Source: Azolla caroliniana
Taxonomy: Eukaryota > Plantae > Polypodiophyta
DNA: 64,000 bases
Assembly (NCBI GenBank): GCA_043228905.1
Contig: JBHGNT010000067.1
Span: 62,001 to 126,000, forward strand
Direction of reading: 5' to 3'
Of the stretch, positions 15,841 through 27,946 are shown piece by piece. A program made the position numbers and the translations under genes. Numbering within the stretch: position 1 is the first letter of the stretch; the number at the start of each line of letters is the position of its first letter. The notes under the pieces were generated by a model, which saw nothing but the letters and a program-made list of their open reading frames with translations, ran no database searches and had not been told where the DNA came from.

Positions 15841-16494
15841 GGCCCATACACACCATGAATGAGCGATATATGGTAGCAGCAGCAGCAGCAGCAGCATTCA
15901 GAGTCATCCATCCATCCATCCATCAGCTGTGGTTAAATTCGGAGACGCTTAACCGTGATTAACTCAACCAGGGTTCATCTCTAACTGCGGTTACCTTAAC
16001 CAGGGTTCATTTCTAACTGTGGTTAGTTTGAGTGTTCTCATTGCGATTGGCATTTGGCAATACGAACCAGTGAGTGCTATGGCAACCATCCATTGTGGTT
16101 CGGCCTGTGAGAAGCCATTCCCAACCATAGCTTGCCTAAGAGTTTAGCGCCATCTTGGGGTGCGGGTGTAAAGGACCAACAGATGTGTCCATCCGATTAG
16201 TAGTTAGAGAGTCACCCCATCGGCCAAATCTAGTTGTCCAACTGCCAAAACATTTGAGCTCCCTCTTGGCCTACTCTACTAACGGTAGCATGTTCGACTA
16301 GTCGCTATGACAATGTTTCGAAATTGTGAGATGTGTTTCTCCGATAAGAACTCTAAAGGCTACGTACTCATCACCCCCCCTAGCTAGCTCATAGATAGAT
16401 AGACGATCAAACAACACAATTTTCAAGCTATGGCTTCGGTTTCAATGGGAATCTTGGTTCTACATGTCTACATATTCTACTTCAAATTATCATC

Positions 16495-16708
16495 GATTTC
16501 TTTGTTTCTCCTACCATTTGGTAGTATGAGACTGAACCGTCATTAATCAAGCAACAAAGCTACACTCCACAACAACCTATGCTTTCTTTTGTTATTTTCT
16601 TTGATTTCTTTGTTTCTCCTACCACTTGGCATTAAGAGACTGAATCGTCGTTAATCAAGCAACAAGCCTACACTCCACAACCACCTATGCTTTATTTTGT
16701 TATTTTCT
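16495..16708. repeat. Tandem duplication, ~109-bp period
   Basis: GATTTCTTTGTTTCTCCTACCA...CCTATGCTTT.TTTTGTTATTTTCT occurs twice. Confidence 0.9.
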
Positions 16709-18223
16709 TCTATAACTCCCAATATCACATTGTAGGTTATTTGCCAAAACTAGGGATATATCATTACCATTCATAGACTCACATATTGACCCACATTTCG
16801 GGTTTAAGGGGATGCAATTTACTCCCAAACACATGTCATTAAACGGGAACAACACCCTCCAATCTATTGAGGACCACTACTCAAACTGCCCATTGTTATA
16901 TTCTGTCCAACTTATGAAGATATATTCACAAAATGAACAGGAGATCTGATTAACAAAACACAGTTTCATTCACATGAGATTCAAGTAGTGCTTGTCACTC
17001 ATGCTTTTAATTCAGAGCATACTATGACAAGTTGCTTAGTAAACGAATTGTCTATTTCCATGCACATTGTAAAGAACACAATCTATCCGGAGACAATGTA
17101 TCCACTTAGCTAAACAAGCATATGCCAAACACAACACTAACACAATACGTTGTCTTACAATAGATACCTTCGTTTCATGGTGGAACCTAATCCTTGTATT
17201 TCATTAAGCCAAAATGAGACCATCATTACAACAATTTTGATTTGTTCTTCTAAGGTCCCTGTGGTTTTTCATATCACAATTTTAAAATCCAATATTCGGG
17301 TCAAACTCATTCCAATGTACACACTTTGTAAAGCCATGCGTCCAAAGTGAAGGGATTTCCCAAGTAACCAAAAGACGGGAATTGGAACATTGTCCAATCA
17401 ACATATGACACAAGGGATCAAGTTGAATGGCCATTTATTGAGTAATCTTCATCTATAACAAATGGAATATAATAATGCCCCATCAAGCTATATATGAGAG
17501 AATATAGCTCAATGAACACCATCAAAATATCAATCCACTCATTGGCTGGATATGACTGCAGAATTGTGTCCCCTTATATACATAAAGGACTAATTTATCT
17601 TTGTTTTCCCGAAGCCAGGAAGCCCTAAATGTCAACAGCATCACTCGATTTTTTGGCTATTTTCATCACATCGACACTCCCGCACAAGGGCCAACACTTG
17701 GTTTTGAGGCTCGACGAGAACCTGTAGGAGGAGAAAGCAGTGTATTCAGGTACAACATCAATAAAAAGCTCCAATAGGTGTGAAACGGACATTAGAAAGA
17801 TAACGATGTTGGCATACCTCGAGGTGCGCACAATGTGAGCACAAGTAGACTTACATCGCCGACCGTCCGATGCATTATCCATGGCATCTTTAGCACAATT
17901 ACTGCAGTAAAGCTTCGCACATACCTGTGTTCAATCAGCATGGAGGAATAACAATTAGAATAAAATGACCACATTGTTCCGTAAACAACTTCCATGACAC
18001 TTTAAAACATGGCTTCTTCATCGACCAATGTCCTACTTAGGCAGAACATTCACATTGTCCGGTCATTGGACTCCCATAAATTCATACCACTTAGACCCAC
18101 ATGAGAGGCATCTCCCTTGGGAAGATATATGTACTAGGGTAACCAACGTTAGTCCAAGGACCGATTGTCTATTGGCATGGGTCAAGCTTAGTCAAATTCC
18201 TATGATGCATGATAGGAATTTGA

Positions 18224-19580
18224 CTAAGCTCGACTCCTGCCAATGAGCATGTTAGGGATTGGCCAAACCCTAAGGTATACTTGACTTGTTGGAAAAAATA
18301 CCTCCTTTGACGTAGACTGACGATTCATGACTAAGGAATGAATACATGGATCAATTATAATGGCATTCTGGACGACTTGACCATCCTTGCCTAAGCTTGA
18401 CCATGAGGCTATGGATTCAATATTTACCGTGCATCGCGACTTGAAGAAGACAGTGTATGACGCGCAGGACGAGCATTGGCTCGACGGATGGACACGGCTA
18501 CTGCTACCAATTCCGCCGCCACCAGTGTATTGGGATGTAATGAATTTCATCTGATTCTTACTCTTCTGCAGTAATTGATCGGACTGCTGCGATCTGCTGC
18601 TGGTAGTCGTTGATCGGCAATCGGAATTGCTGTATCTCTTGGAAGGATTGGATCGGCTTGATAAGGAGGAGGAGGAGGAAGAGGAGGAGCTTGCAGATCG
18701 GTCCATCTTCGAGCTAGGCGGTGCCGCCGTTGAAGGCGTTTGGCGGAGCAAGACGTGATCCTCAGACGGCGGCGATGGCGGACATTGGAGTATATCCACA
18801 GACTTAAGGCTTGGAGATGAAGATGAAGATGGCGACGAAGTGTTGTAGATTACTCTTAACGGCGCCACAGATGATGCTCCGGAGCTGCCGGAGCCGCCTC
18901 CTATGGACAGGAAACTGCAGGACATGGCCGGAAAGGAGAATCGCAGGGCTATCCTGCACTTCGTCTGCGATGCCGAAGCCGCTTGAGCTGTCGAACCTAG
19001 CGACAGTGGCAGCAGCGGCGCAGATTTGTGGCAGCTTCCTTTCACGCCACCGTATGATCGAGCTGAGCTCAGCTTCTTCTTCTTCTTCTTCTTGGGATTC
19101 TTGGTTGAATCCTTTTCTCTGAATCTGCTGTCTATCTTGTTTCCGTCTGTAGAGTTTCTGGCGTCTTGACTCACGACCAAGACCCCGTCCGCGCGACATA
19201 GCTGCGGATCCTGCTTAGCTATCGAGGAAATTGGATCTACCACTGGCTCTGAAGTCTCGTCGCCATCGCCGGAGCTCCCCACCACGCCTTCACTTTTCTG
19301 AAGGTCCTGATCCAGAAGCGTGTGTTGTGCATCCACAATGTCTCGGAGAGAGAGGTCGTAGGAGCCTTCGGAGAGAGCGTCGTAGAGCCTCTGCAGTTCG
19401 AGCTTCGCCTGCAAGAAGGAAGGAGGGGAGGCAGTAGATTTCGGCGCAGCAGAAGTACAGGGGTAGGCAGTTGATCCGGGCCGCCATGGGGTAGCAGGAG
19501 AATCAGGCGGGGAATCGAGAGGAGAGATATAAGCAGAGAACAGCGGAATCGAAGAGCATGCAGAGGAAGATGATGATGAA

Positions 19581-19612
<32 letters not shown>

Positions 19613-19648
19613 AGAAGAAGAAGAAGAAGAAGAACGAATAGGATTCAT
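18224..19648 (-). CDS. Ser-rich uncharacterised plant protein, EMB2170/At1g21390-like; 3' end may be spliced
   Basis: GC-rich open frame from the ATG at 19648. KLELQRLYDALSEGSYDLSLRDIVD resembles the family motif ELMEMV..MPES.YELSL+D+V, and IALRFSFP follows. Poly-Ser and poly-Lys tracts. Possible donor ACG|GTAAAT near 18428, where coding-like composition ends. Confidence 0.7.
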
Positions 19649-20846
19649 CGTAGGATGGAGGGAGAACAAAGTAGAGGAGGAGGAGGAGAAGGCTCGATTT
19701 ACAGGCTAAATACAGAGGAAGTTCGATATGCAGGAGAAGGAAGAATGTATGCAGAGGAAGAAGAAGAAGAAGAAGAAGAAGAGTCACAGAAGGATTCGAT
19801 TCGCCATAGCTAGCTAGCTCTGTGCACAGAGAGAGGAATTAGACAGGCAGAGGGCCAAGGATTTAAGGCACTAGATTAGCTTAAGCTATGATCATTTTTT
19901 CGTCTGCAGGATTATTATTATTATTATTATTATTATTATAATTAACGGAGTTTTTAACCGAATTGTTAAATTATTAAAGCCTGATATCTGGTTTTTTTTG
20001 TCTGGGGCTTTTTTTCTCCGTTTTTTCGGGCTAGAAAACAAATATATAAATATAAATACATACACCTGGAGAGCTTTATTTTAATTATTTTCTATTTCTT
20101 GTTTTTATTGATTTCTATATGTTTTTTTTTTATTTGTAGGGAAAGGATCAAATATAAAGATTAAATAGACAGAAAATTAGAAGAAGAAAAAAGGAAGGGG
20201 GCGTATTATGAATACGACGTAAGAAATTTAAATTCTTTATTTTACGTATTTATGAGGATAACACAAGAGTTATTTATTTTCGTTCGTTTTTCTCTTTCTT
20301 TTGGTTTTCGAAAGCAAACAAAAGGAGATTTAAATCAGGGGGGAGTTAATGAGAGAGGGCGATGAATAATAATAATAAATAATAAAATAAGAGGCATTTC
20401 TGTGTTGTATAACTTGTATTATTCATTATGATTGGACAACGGGTTCGTTTCGGTTCGTTTCGGTTCGGTTCGGTTTGGGCGGGCGGACATGCTGCCCAGG
20501 TGTGAACGCGCGTAGACGGCGCCACCCCCCCCCCTCCCTTCACACTTCCTTCTCTTCCTTCTTTCGTTTCAAATACATTTAAAGCTTCTTCTTCTTTTTG
20601 AATCCTTTTGAAAAATCTTTTTTTATCTAATTTATTCGTCATTCTGAATATTTATTTATTTGCCCCTCCTCCGTCTTCTTCTTCTTTTCGAATTCTTTTG
20701 AACCTATTCATCGTCCCCTTTTCTTTCTTTAAATTCCCTTTTTTTTAATTTATCTTTTTTAAATAGTGACTTTATAATTTAATTCTCCTATTGTGAAACG
20801 CATGTGTGTGTGTGTGTTAGTTGCTTTATTATTGTTATTGTCCATT

Positions 20847-21233
20847 GGGGGATGCATTTTCGTTGCTTGGTAATTCAAAGTGTTTTTGTTTCGTGTTGGG
20901 GAAATCATAGATTGGAGAGGAGAAGTGAAAGCAATGGAATATTCCCGTTAATTACAAATCTAGCCCTTCAATGCCTTGCTCCTCTCTCCCTCTCTATTTG
21001 CCTCTCTATGATAAAATTGGAACGATATAGAGAAGATTAGCATGGCCCCTGGGGGGTGCATTTTCGTTGCTTGGTAATTCAAAGTGTTTTTGTTTCGTGT
21101 TCAGGAAATCATTGATTGGGGAGGAGAAGTGAAAGCAATGGAATATTCCCATTAATTACAAATCTAGCCCTTCAATGCTTTGCTCCTCTCTCCGTCTCTA
21201 TTTGCCACTCTATGATAAAATTGGAATGATACA
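20847..21233. repeat. Tandem duplication (~205 bp) that includes the 5' part of a U6 copy
   Basis: GGGG.TGCATTTTCGTTGCTTGGTAATTC...CTCTATGATAAAATTGGAA occurs at ~20847 and ~21052. Confidence 0.9.
21010..21051 (+). pseudogene. U6: U6 snRNA fragment (5'-central part), truncated
   Basis: GATAAAATTGGAACGATATAGAGAAGATTAGCATGGCCCCTG matches plant U6 except for one C>T in the ACAGAGA box. It lacks the 5' stem-loop and the 3' half. Confidence 0.9.
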
Positions 21234-21334
21234 TAAAGAAATAAAGATATATTAACGTCTTCTAAGGCCAAAATTGGCCCATGGCCCCTGTGCAAGGATG
21301 ACACGCACAAATCGAGAAATGGTCCAAAATTTTT
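21214..21334 (+). pseudogene. U6: Interrupted U6 snRNA pseudogene
   Basis: GATAAAATTGGAATGATACA, then an insertion, then CATGGCCCCTGTGCAAGGATGACACGCACAAATCGAGAAATGGTCCAAAATTTTT (U6 3' half with oligo-T end). The ACAGAGA/AGC region is replaced by an inverted copy of the downstream flank. Confidence 0.9.
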
Positions 21335-21451
21335 AAGTCTCATGGGCCAATTTTGGTCTTAGAAGACATTAATATATCTTTCTTTCTTTCTCACACACAC
21401 ATATGTTCTTCGTATTGAGGTTGTATCTAAATGCATCGCATTCCCTACTTA

Positions 21452-21645
21452 GGTGTTGCTTAAGGCATATTGATGAAAAAAGAAGTGAACGGTGAAACAT
21501 CAACAAACCCACTATAAAAAATAACAAGGGTACAAAATGTTAATGATTTGGGAACTCATTGGGTGTTGCTTAAGGCATATTGATGAAAAAGGAAGTGAAA
21601 GGTGAAACATCAACAAACCTGCTATCAAAATAACAAGGATACAAA
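21452..21645. repeat. Direct duplication (~85 bp, 110-bp period)
   Basis: GGTGTTGCTTAAGGCATATTGATGAAAAA.GAAGTGAA.GGTGAAACATCAACAAACC at 21452 and 21562. Confidence 0.88.
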
Positions 21646-23244
21646 TCACTGACATTTACGATGCTTATTTCTACTAGTTTGTGCATAGTTGTGATCTCGA
21701 TATGTTATCAACCCCTTGCCCTTAGATATGGCATTATGGATTCTAAGATTCTATACACAAATGCTCAACAATTGTTTGCAAGGATGTTCAAGTCTCATTC
21801 TCAACATTTGAATGTTAAGTTCATCAAGCGCGGATGTAGTCATGTTACTCTACATTTAACTATTGCAAATTAAGTAATCATAATGTGATGGTTATGTCTA
21901 TCGTTTAGAGACCCTAAGTTTGTTGCTTCAATAATAGAGGCCATGAATGCAAGCACGATAGTGCACATTAGTGTGTGACTTACGACGTGTCTATGTGCAT
22001 ACTTACTTAGATCACGTGATTATATCATGAGTGGGAAGCATACTTAGCTCTATCTGTGTGTATTAGGATGAGAGTTGAACCATCAGAGGCCTTGTTGGGA
22101 GAAAGAGAATGTATTAGTGCTTGAGGATGGGTTTAATTTCAAGTCAAATTTGGGATGTCGTCAAGAGTGTGTTTGTCAATCCACGGTCATCAAATATCAC
22201 TTGATTGGTTGACATGTTCTTTTCATATTACCTTGGGATGGAACATCATGGGTTTGGTTGGACAGTAAATATGCAACATGCACACATGTACATATATATA
22301 TATGTATTGGAAAGCATTTGACTCTCTTGTTTGAGCCTATTGATACTTCCTATGTACTTTTTCTCTCATTCTTGTATAAATAATATTGATCCTATGACAA
22401 ATAAAATACCTCTTCGATTTTGTTTTATGGCAAAAATGAGTTTCTCTTAAGCAAGTGATAGTTATTGTAAGATCGCATGGCGAAGTTTGGGAATGCTTCT
22501 TTCATTTTTACAAGTCACATTGAGTAGTTTGTCGTCATTGAAGAGTATGTGTGTGAATGTCCTCCTTGAGAAACATTCTCCATATTAGTAGTTTGATGGA
22601 ATTATCCTCCTTTGTAGATTTTTCTCAATACTTGTTTATCGTCGATTCATGAGCTCTTTATGTCCTAGCGACAATGTGTATACCAACAATAAAAGATATT
22701 GATGGATATAAAGAGCAATTATGAGAAGTTGAGGAATTTCCACATCACAAAAGATTTCAATCATAAACGTCAGTTTTTGTTCTTTTAACGTTGCTTCCTC
22801 TTTGAATTCTAATCCATAATCGAAAAAAAAAATGCAAGAACATGATCCATATGCTCTAAGCTTCCTCTTCAAATTCTAGTTGATGATCGGAAAAAGAGTG
22901 CAAGAACACGATCTGCATCTCCCTGATACGGATCAACGTCCTATAAACTAGTACATTATATAACTATTTTGTTTCTCACAAATAAACATTGTCAAACAAA
23001 TATTCATATGATTGTCCTAAGGATTAATGGGAGTGAGAAGCTCCATACAATAAATGATTGCACAAGAGAACGAATAGAGAGCAAGGAATAGTTTTTTGTG
23101 CTTGAAAAGTTTGTCTCATACCCAAGGGATTTGAATAACAAACCACAATATGTAAGTGATGTACTCGACTTCCCGTGATAATCAGTAGACTATTTTTTGG
23201 TGGTCGTTACCTTCTTCAATTGTTGTCCGCCTTTCCATTATTCG

Positions 23245-24330
23245 TTCATAGTAGGATATCCCCCCCGGGTGTGTTAGTATCCACATTGTTGTTCTTAGGT
23301 TGAGATAATGGTTAAAAATATATCCTTCATTGGCTTTTTTGTTTCTTGCAACCAAACTTGTGCTCATAGAGCTTTGCTTTGATCATGTGATGTTTATAGT
23401 ATGAATGAGTGGATGGAAAATGGACAAAGGAGTTCGGATGGAATTTATTCAAATCACACTTTAATTACTTTCCCTAAATATTGTCTTCGCTCATTTTGCC
23501 TACATGTCAAGCCATTTCATAGTAGGATATCCCCCCCGGGTGTGTTAGTATCCACATTGTTGTTCTTAGGTTGAGATAATGGTTAAAAATATATCCTTCA
23601 TTGGCTTTTTTGTTTCTTGCAACCAAACTTGTGCTCATAGAGCTTTGCTTTGATCATATGATGTTTATAGTATGAATGAGTGGATGGAAAATGGACAAAG
23701 GAGTTCGGATGGAATTTATTCAAATCACACTTTAATTACTTTCCCTAAATATTGTCTTCGCTCATTTTGCCTACATGTCAAGCCATTTCATAGTAGGATA
23801 TCCCCCCCGGGTGTGTTAGTATCCACATTGTTGTTCTTAGGTTGAGATAATGGTTAAAAATATATCCTTCATTGGCTTTTTTGTTTCTTGCAACCAAACT
23901 TGTGCTCATAGAGCTTTGCTTTGATCATATGATGTTTATAGTATGAATGAGTGGATGGAAAATGGACAAAGGAGTTCGGATGGAATTTATTCAAATCACA
24001 CTTTAATTACTTTCCCTAAATATTGTCTTCGCTCATTTTGCCTACATGTCAAGCCATTTCATAGTAGGATATCCCCCCCGGGTGTGTTAGTATCCACATT
24101 GTTGTTCTTAGGTTGAGATAATGGTTAAAAATATATCCTTCATTGGCTTTTTTGTTTCTTGCAACCAAACTTGTGCTCATAGAGCTTTGCTTTGATCATA
24201 TGATGTTTATAGTATGAATGAGTGGATGGAAAATGGACAAAGGAGTTCGGATGGAATTTATTCAAATCACACTTTAATTACTTTCCCTAAATATTGTCTT
24301 CGCTCATTTTGCCTACATGTCAAGCCATTT
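23245..24330. repeat. Tandem array, 4 x 271 bp, nearly identical
   Basis: GTAGGATATCCCCCCCGGG starts at 23251, 23522, 23793 and 24064. The only difference I found is G at 23387 in copy 1 versus A in copies 2-4. Confidence 0.97.
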
Positions 24331-26928
24331 TAAGGAGCAAATTGCTAGCACACATCATCTCAAAGAGCAAAATTGTGAAGAGTTTCTATTAATGATGGTA
24401 ACATCAAATCCACTCAACGAAACTTGAGACCACAACCTTAACTCCAATAACCCATCATGTTTAATATTTTATTTCTAGAATATCAACAAGGTCATGATTT
24501 TGTAAATTAAAACTTTTGAGACATTTAATTTCTATAAGTTGGCAATATTGCTTCAATATGTGATCTTTTGTTATCAATTGATGATGTTGTAAAATCTATT
24601 GGGGAACATGAATACAAAATATTGTTGATGGGTGTGATAATCCATCACCTTGCATACAATTTGTGTAGGTAATATTTCTTTCTCTCTTTCTAAAATTGTG
24701 TTAGACTTGGGATTATATCTAATCATTCGGCTATAACTAATCGATATCTCTTTCTACTATCAACTAAAAGAGTTGATGTTTGTTACTCAATGAATGGCAA
24801 ATTCAATGTACTACTTCATGGGAGCCCAAGTTTCTTGCATATTCTTATTCATAATGTCTTCCATCTTCCATTTACTATTTCTTCTAGTGAGCAAGCAATA
24901 GGTGTGTTGTTTAATTGTGGAAGTGAGCCATTTTCCAATGAATGTGAAGTTTTGACCAAGATCGATAACCTCTTGGAAGTGTGATTTTCGTTTCAATGAC
25001 TCATGCATAAGACATTCTTGACCATGGATGACTTATTCATGAAGCATTCATGATTGTGGAATCTCTGCATTAAAGAGTTTGCCACATTTCTCAATAGAAA
25101 TCGTTATATTAAAGACTTAACATTTGAAATGTAATAAGAAAACAAACAAAAGCCTTTGTGTTATTAGAACTCCTCTAAATTACAATAACAGTTACTATGA
25201 TGTTGCTAACCCAAGAGTCAACACATGATTACCTATAAATATATTGGAGCTAATGTATTTAATTGTTGACTAACACTTTCTCTTGTGAAATTGTTTCTTA
25301 AAAAGAGAGTTTGCATTTGTTGGTTTTTGAATTCTTTTTGTAATGTATTTATAAAAATACATAGGAATGACGATATCAATGCCGGTACGTGGAAAACAAG
25401 CGCCTTATCTTGCTACACATGTGAGCTAGGTCAAATAAGGTTTGTTATATAAATAACAAAAAATCTGGGCTCTTCAAGATGAGTTTTTTCATTCATGGCT
25501 AAACAAGAATTCTCTTTTCAAATTCCATTTGGTCATTGCAATAAGTGGTCCTTGAAGTAAATAATCAATGTATAAAAAATGTACTTGCAATAAAAGAGAG
25601 TTTATATCAGCAAATTAATATGTATGTTCTAGGCATGAGCCATGACGTTACAACCCAATTCGATATCTTATTTTAATGGGTTAAAGGTGGGATAGTTAGG
25701 ATCCCGATTATTATATGAAGTCGGGACAAATCCACAAGGACCTATGACATCCGGTGGTTTGGGAGCCTTAGATGTTGCGGTAAATAAAGAAGACTAGTCA
25801 CCCCCTTCATTGTGCCATCTGGAGACATTGTCAAACTCTATTAGTGAGGTTAAGCTCTCTCTTTTGGATCCGTTATTCAACTAGTATGGGTCACTGACAA
25901 TATTTTACTTGTCTCTTGATGTTCTCTTGGGGTGCTTGGTGAAATTAAATACCCTCTATCTATTATTTTTTCCTTGATCTCTTATTGTTTTGCTCATCGA
26001 TAGTTTGATTATTGATACATAACAATGCAGACATGTGAATGACTAAAAACTATTGTGTGGCATACAATGGCCACATTTTTTCGAACTATTTGCAAGATGA
26101 CTATATATTATATTTCATGGGGGGAAGGGGTTGAACTAGTGTCAAATATTGCTTCTATCAAGTTACACATGCAAGCTAGGTAGAATTTCAATTGATCACA
26201 TGTAGATTATAACATGGTAATAATTTTGGTGGTTGACATGTCAAGAGATCACAAAGCATTGTCCCATTTGTGTATTGTTCAATTTGAGCCCAATACTTTT
26301 TCTCACTCCTATACATTTTGTGGAACTCCCATATAATGTGCTCGAGAACAATGATTGATATCATGGACAATAGGCAACAACAATGCGTATGAGTGCACGA
26401 CATGATAATATTTAGTTACATACACCATGACATTATTTTTGTATATGTGTACCCATGTGATTGACTAGGTTCTCTACTCATTATCATCAAAATGATAGGT
26501 TTGTCAATGCACATACCATTGTTAATGTGTAGCCATGACATTAATAATGACTCGTGCATTGAGAAAACTATAATTGGGATGATATTGGGTAGAGAATTGA
26601 ACATAGACCTCGTCCATGTGGCATTACACATCGAAGTTTGGTAAAACTTCATGTAATTTAAGGATCTCGTGGACCATGAAGATGTGTAATAAGGAATGTG
26701 AGTCATGTTTTACTAGTTCTTGGGTGGCAAGATATCAAATGGGATACATAAAATTAGGAATGAACACCCAAAAAGTCACATTGCAAATGGTTGCACCCAC
26801 AAAAGTATTGTATGGAAATACAAAAAAATATTCCATATGTTATAGTAATAACTAGAGTTTCAATAGCTACTACGAAGGGTTGACGGGGAACTTCTTGCAA
26901 GTTCGGAAATACAATATATGCCTATAAT

Positions 26929-27494
26929 TGATAAGGATTCGACCGGTCACAACCGGTTGACACGTATGCGTATGCAGGTGCAAAAGGTTGAAACGACAGA
27001 AATAACAAAAAATTGAAATGGAAGTACAGAGAGACAAGTATTTTATGTGGAAACCCTAAACGGGAAAAAACCATGGGAGTCCACAAACTCCAAAACGAAT
27101 CACTATGGTAGGAGGTATACAACAAGGAACTTCAAGGCAAGTACCTTTAGTTCTTCTTTGTCCACGGACGGTTTAGAGATACTTCACTCTCTCACACTCT
27201 CACTCTCTCTTACACTCTTTTAGTTACAGAGGCAACAACCAACAACAACTATTCATTCATCACAACTATAATGTTTTGCCCTAACTATATTTAAATTCAT
27301 GTACATATATATGACTATTTACAAATCTAGCCATAATGGGCACAACTAGGCTATTTACAAATATAACCCAGTTGGATTCGGCCGATTTGGCTCGGTTATG
27401 GGTCAATTGATTTTTCGACCTCGACTGAGTTTCCTATCGACTCCATCCAATTCGGCTTGTGTTTTCCTTCCCGGGAGAACCTTTTTTCCCAACA
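26929..27494 (-). mobile_element. Solo LTR (566 bp), Copia-like
   Basis: TG...CA termini (minus strand TGTTGGGAAAAAAGG...CCTTATCA) with a perfect 5-bp TSD ATAAT at 26924-26928 and 27495-27499. A GA/GT-rich tract and U5-like segment read on the minus strand. Confidence 0.88.
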
Positions 27495-27595
27495 ATAATT
27501 TGGAGGCGAATACCATGTCGAGTTGAGCAAGAAGGCAAGTCATCAAATGTTTGGTGCATAATGTAGAGAAAGGCTCACTCAAGCAAGCCGGTTAG

Positions 27596-27877
27596 TAGGA
27601 GTTGACAACAACTAAACTCAAGCCTAAATCGAGATGTTAAACCATTTTTAAATGGTTTGACAATTCGGTTTGATTAGTCTTGAGATTCATAAATCGGTTT
27701 GAGCTCAAATTGGCAAAGCTCAAGCCGAACCAAAAGAAATTGGTTAAGGCTAAACATTTTGTCCAAACTAGTTATCCTTAACTGGTTTAGAAAACTTCCA
27801 AGCCAATTATGGCTTAACTGGTTTGGTTTGGACAAGGCCAAACTGGTTAAGCCGAAATTGAACTATTGATGATTCCT
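27596..27877 (+). mobile_element. hAT-type MITE, same family as 5368-5587
   Basis: TAGGAGTTGACAAC...CTCAAGCCT...TTTTAAATGGTT...GGTTAAGCCGAAA...GATTCCT aligns by eye with the 5.4-kb copy. Confidence 0.65.
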
Positions 27878-27946
27878 TGGTAAGTGCAACTTTCAGAGCA
27901 TGGCAATATTTGTTGAGAGAGAATGCCGTCGAGTTGCAATGCCTGG

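Noticed and set aside
18804-19787. Alternative-frame ORFs over the Ser-rich gene
   Set aside because: Shadow frames of GC-rich, trinucleotide-repeat coding DNA.
23245-24330. Possible CRISPR-like array
   Set aside because: Units are contiguous and identical with no unique spacers, in eukaryotic nuclear context.
24790-25060. Weak resemblance to a hAT transposase segment (also 62492-62698)
   Set aside because: Only a few residues match and no catalytic motif is recognisable.
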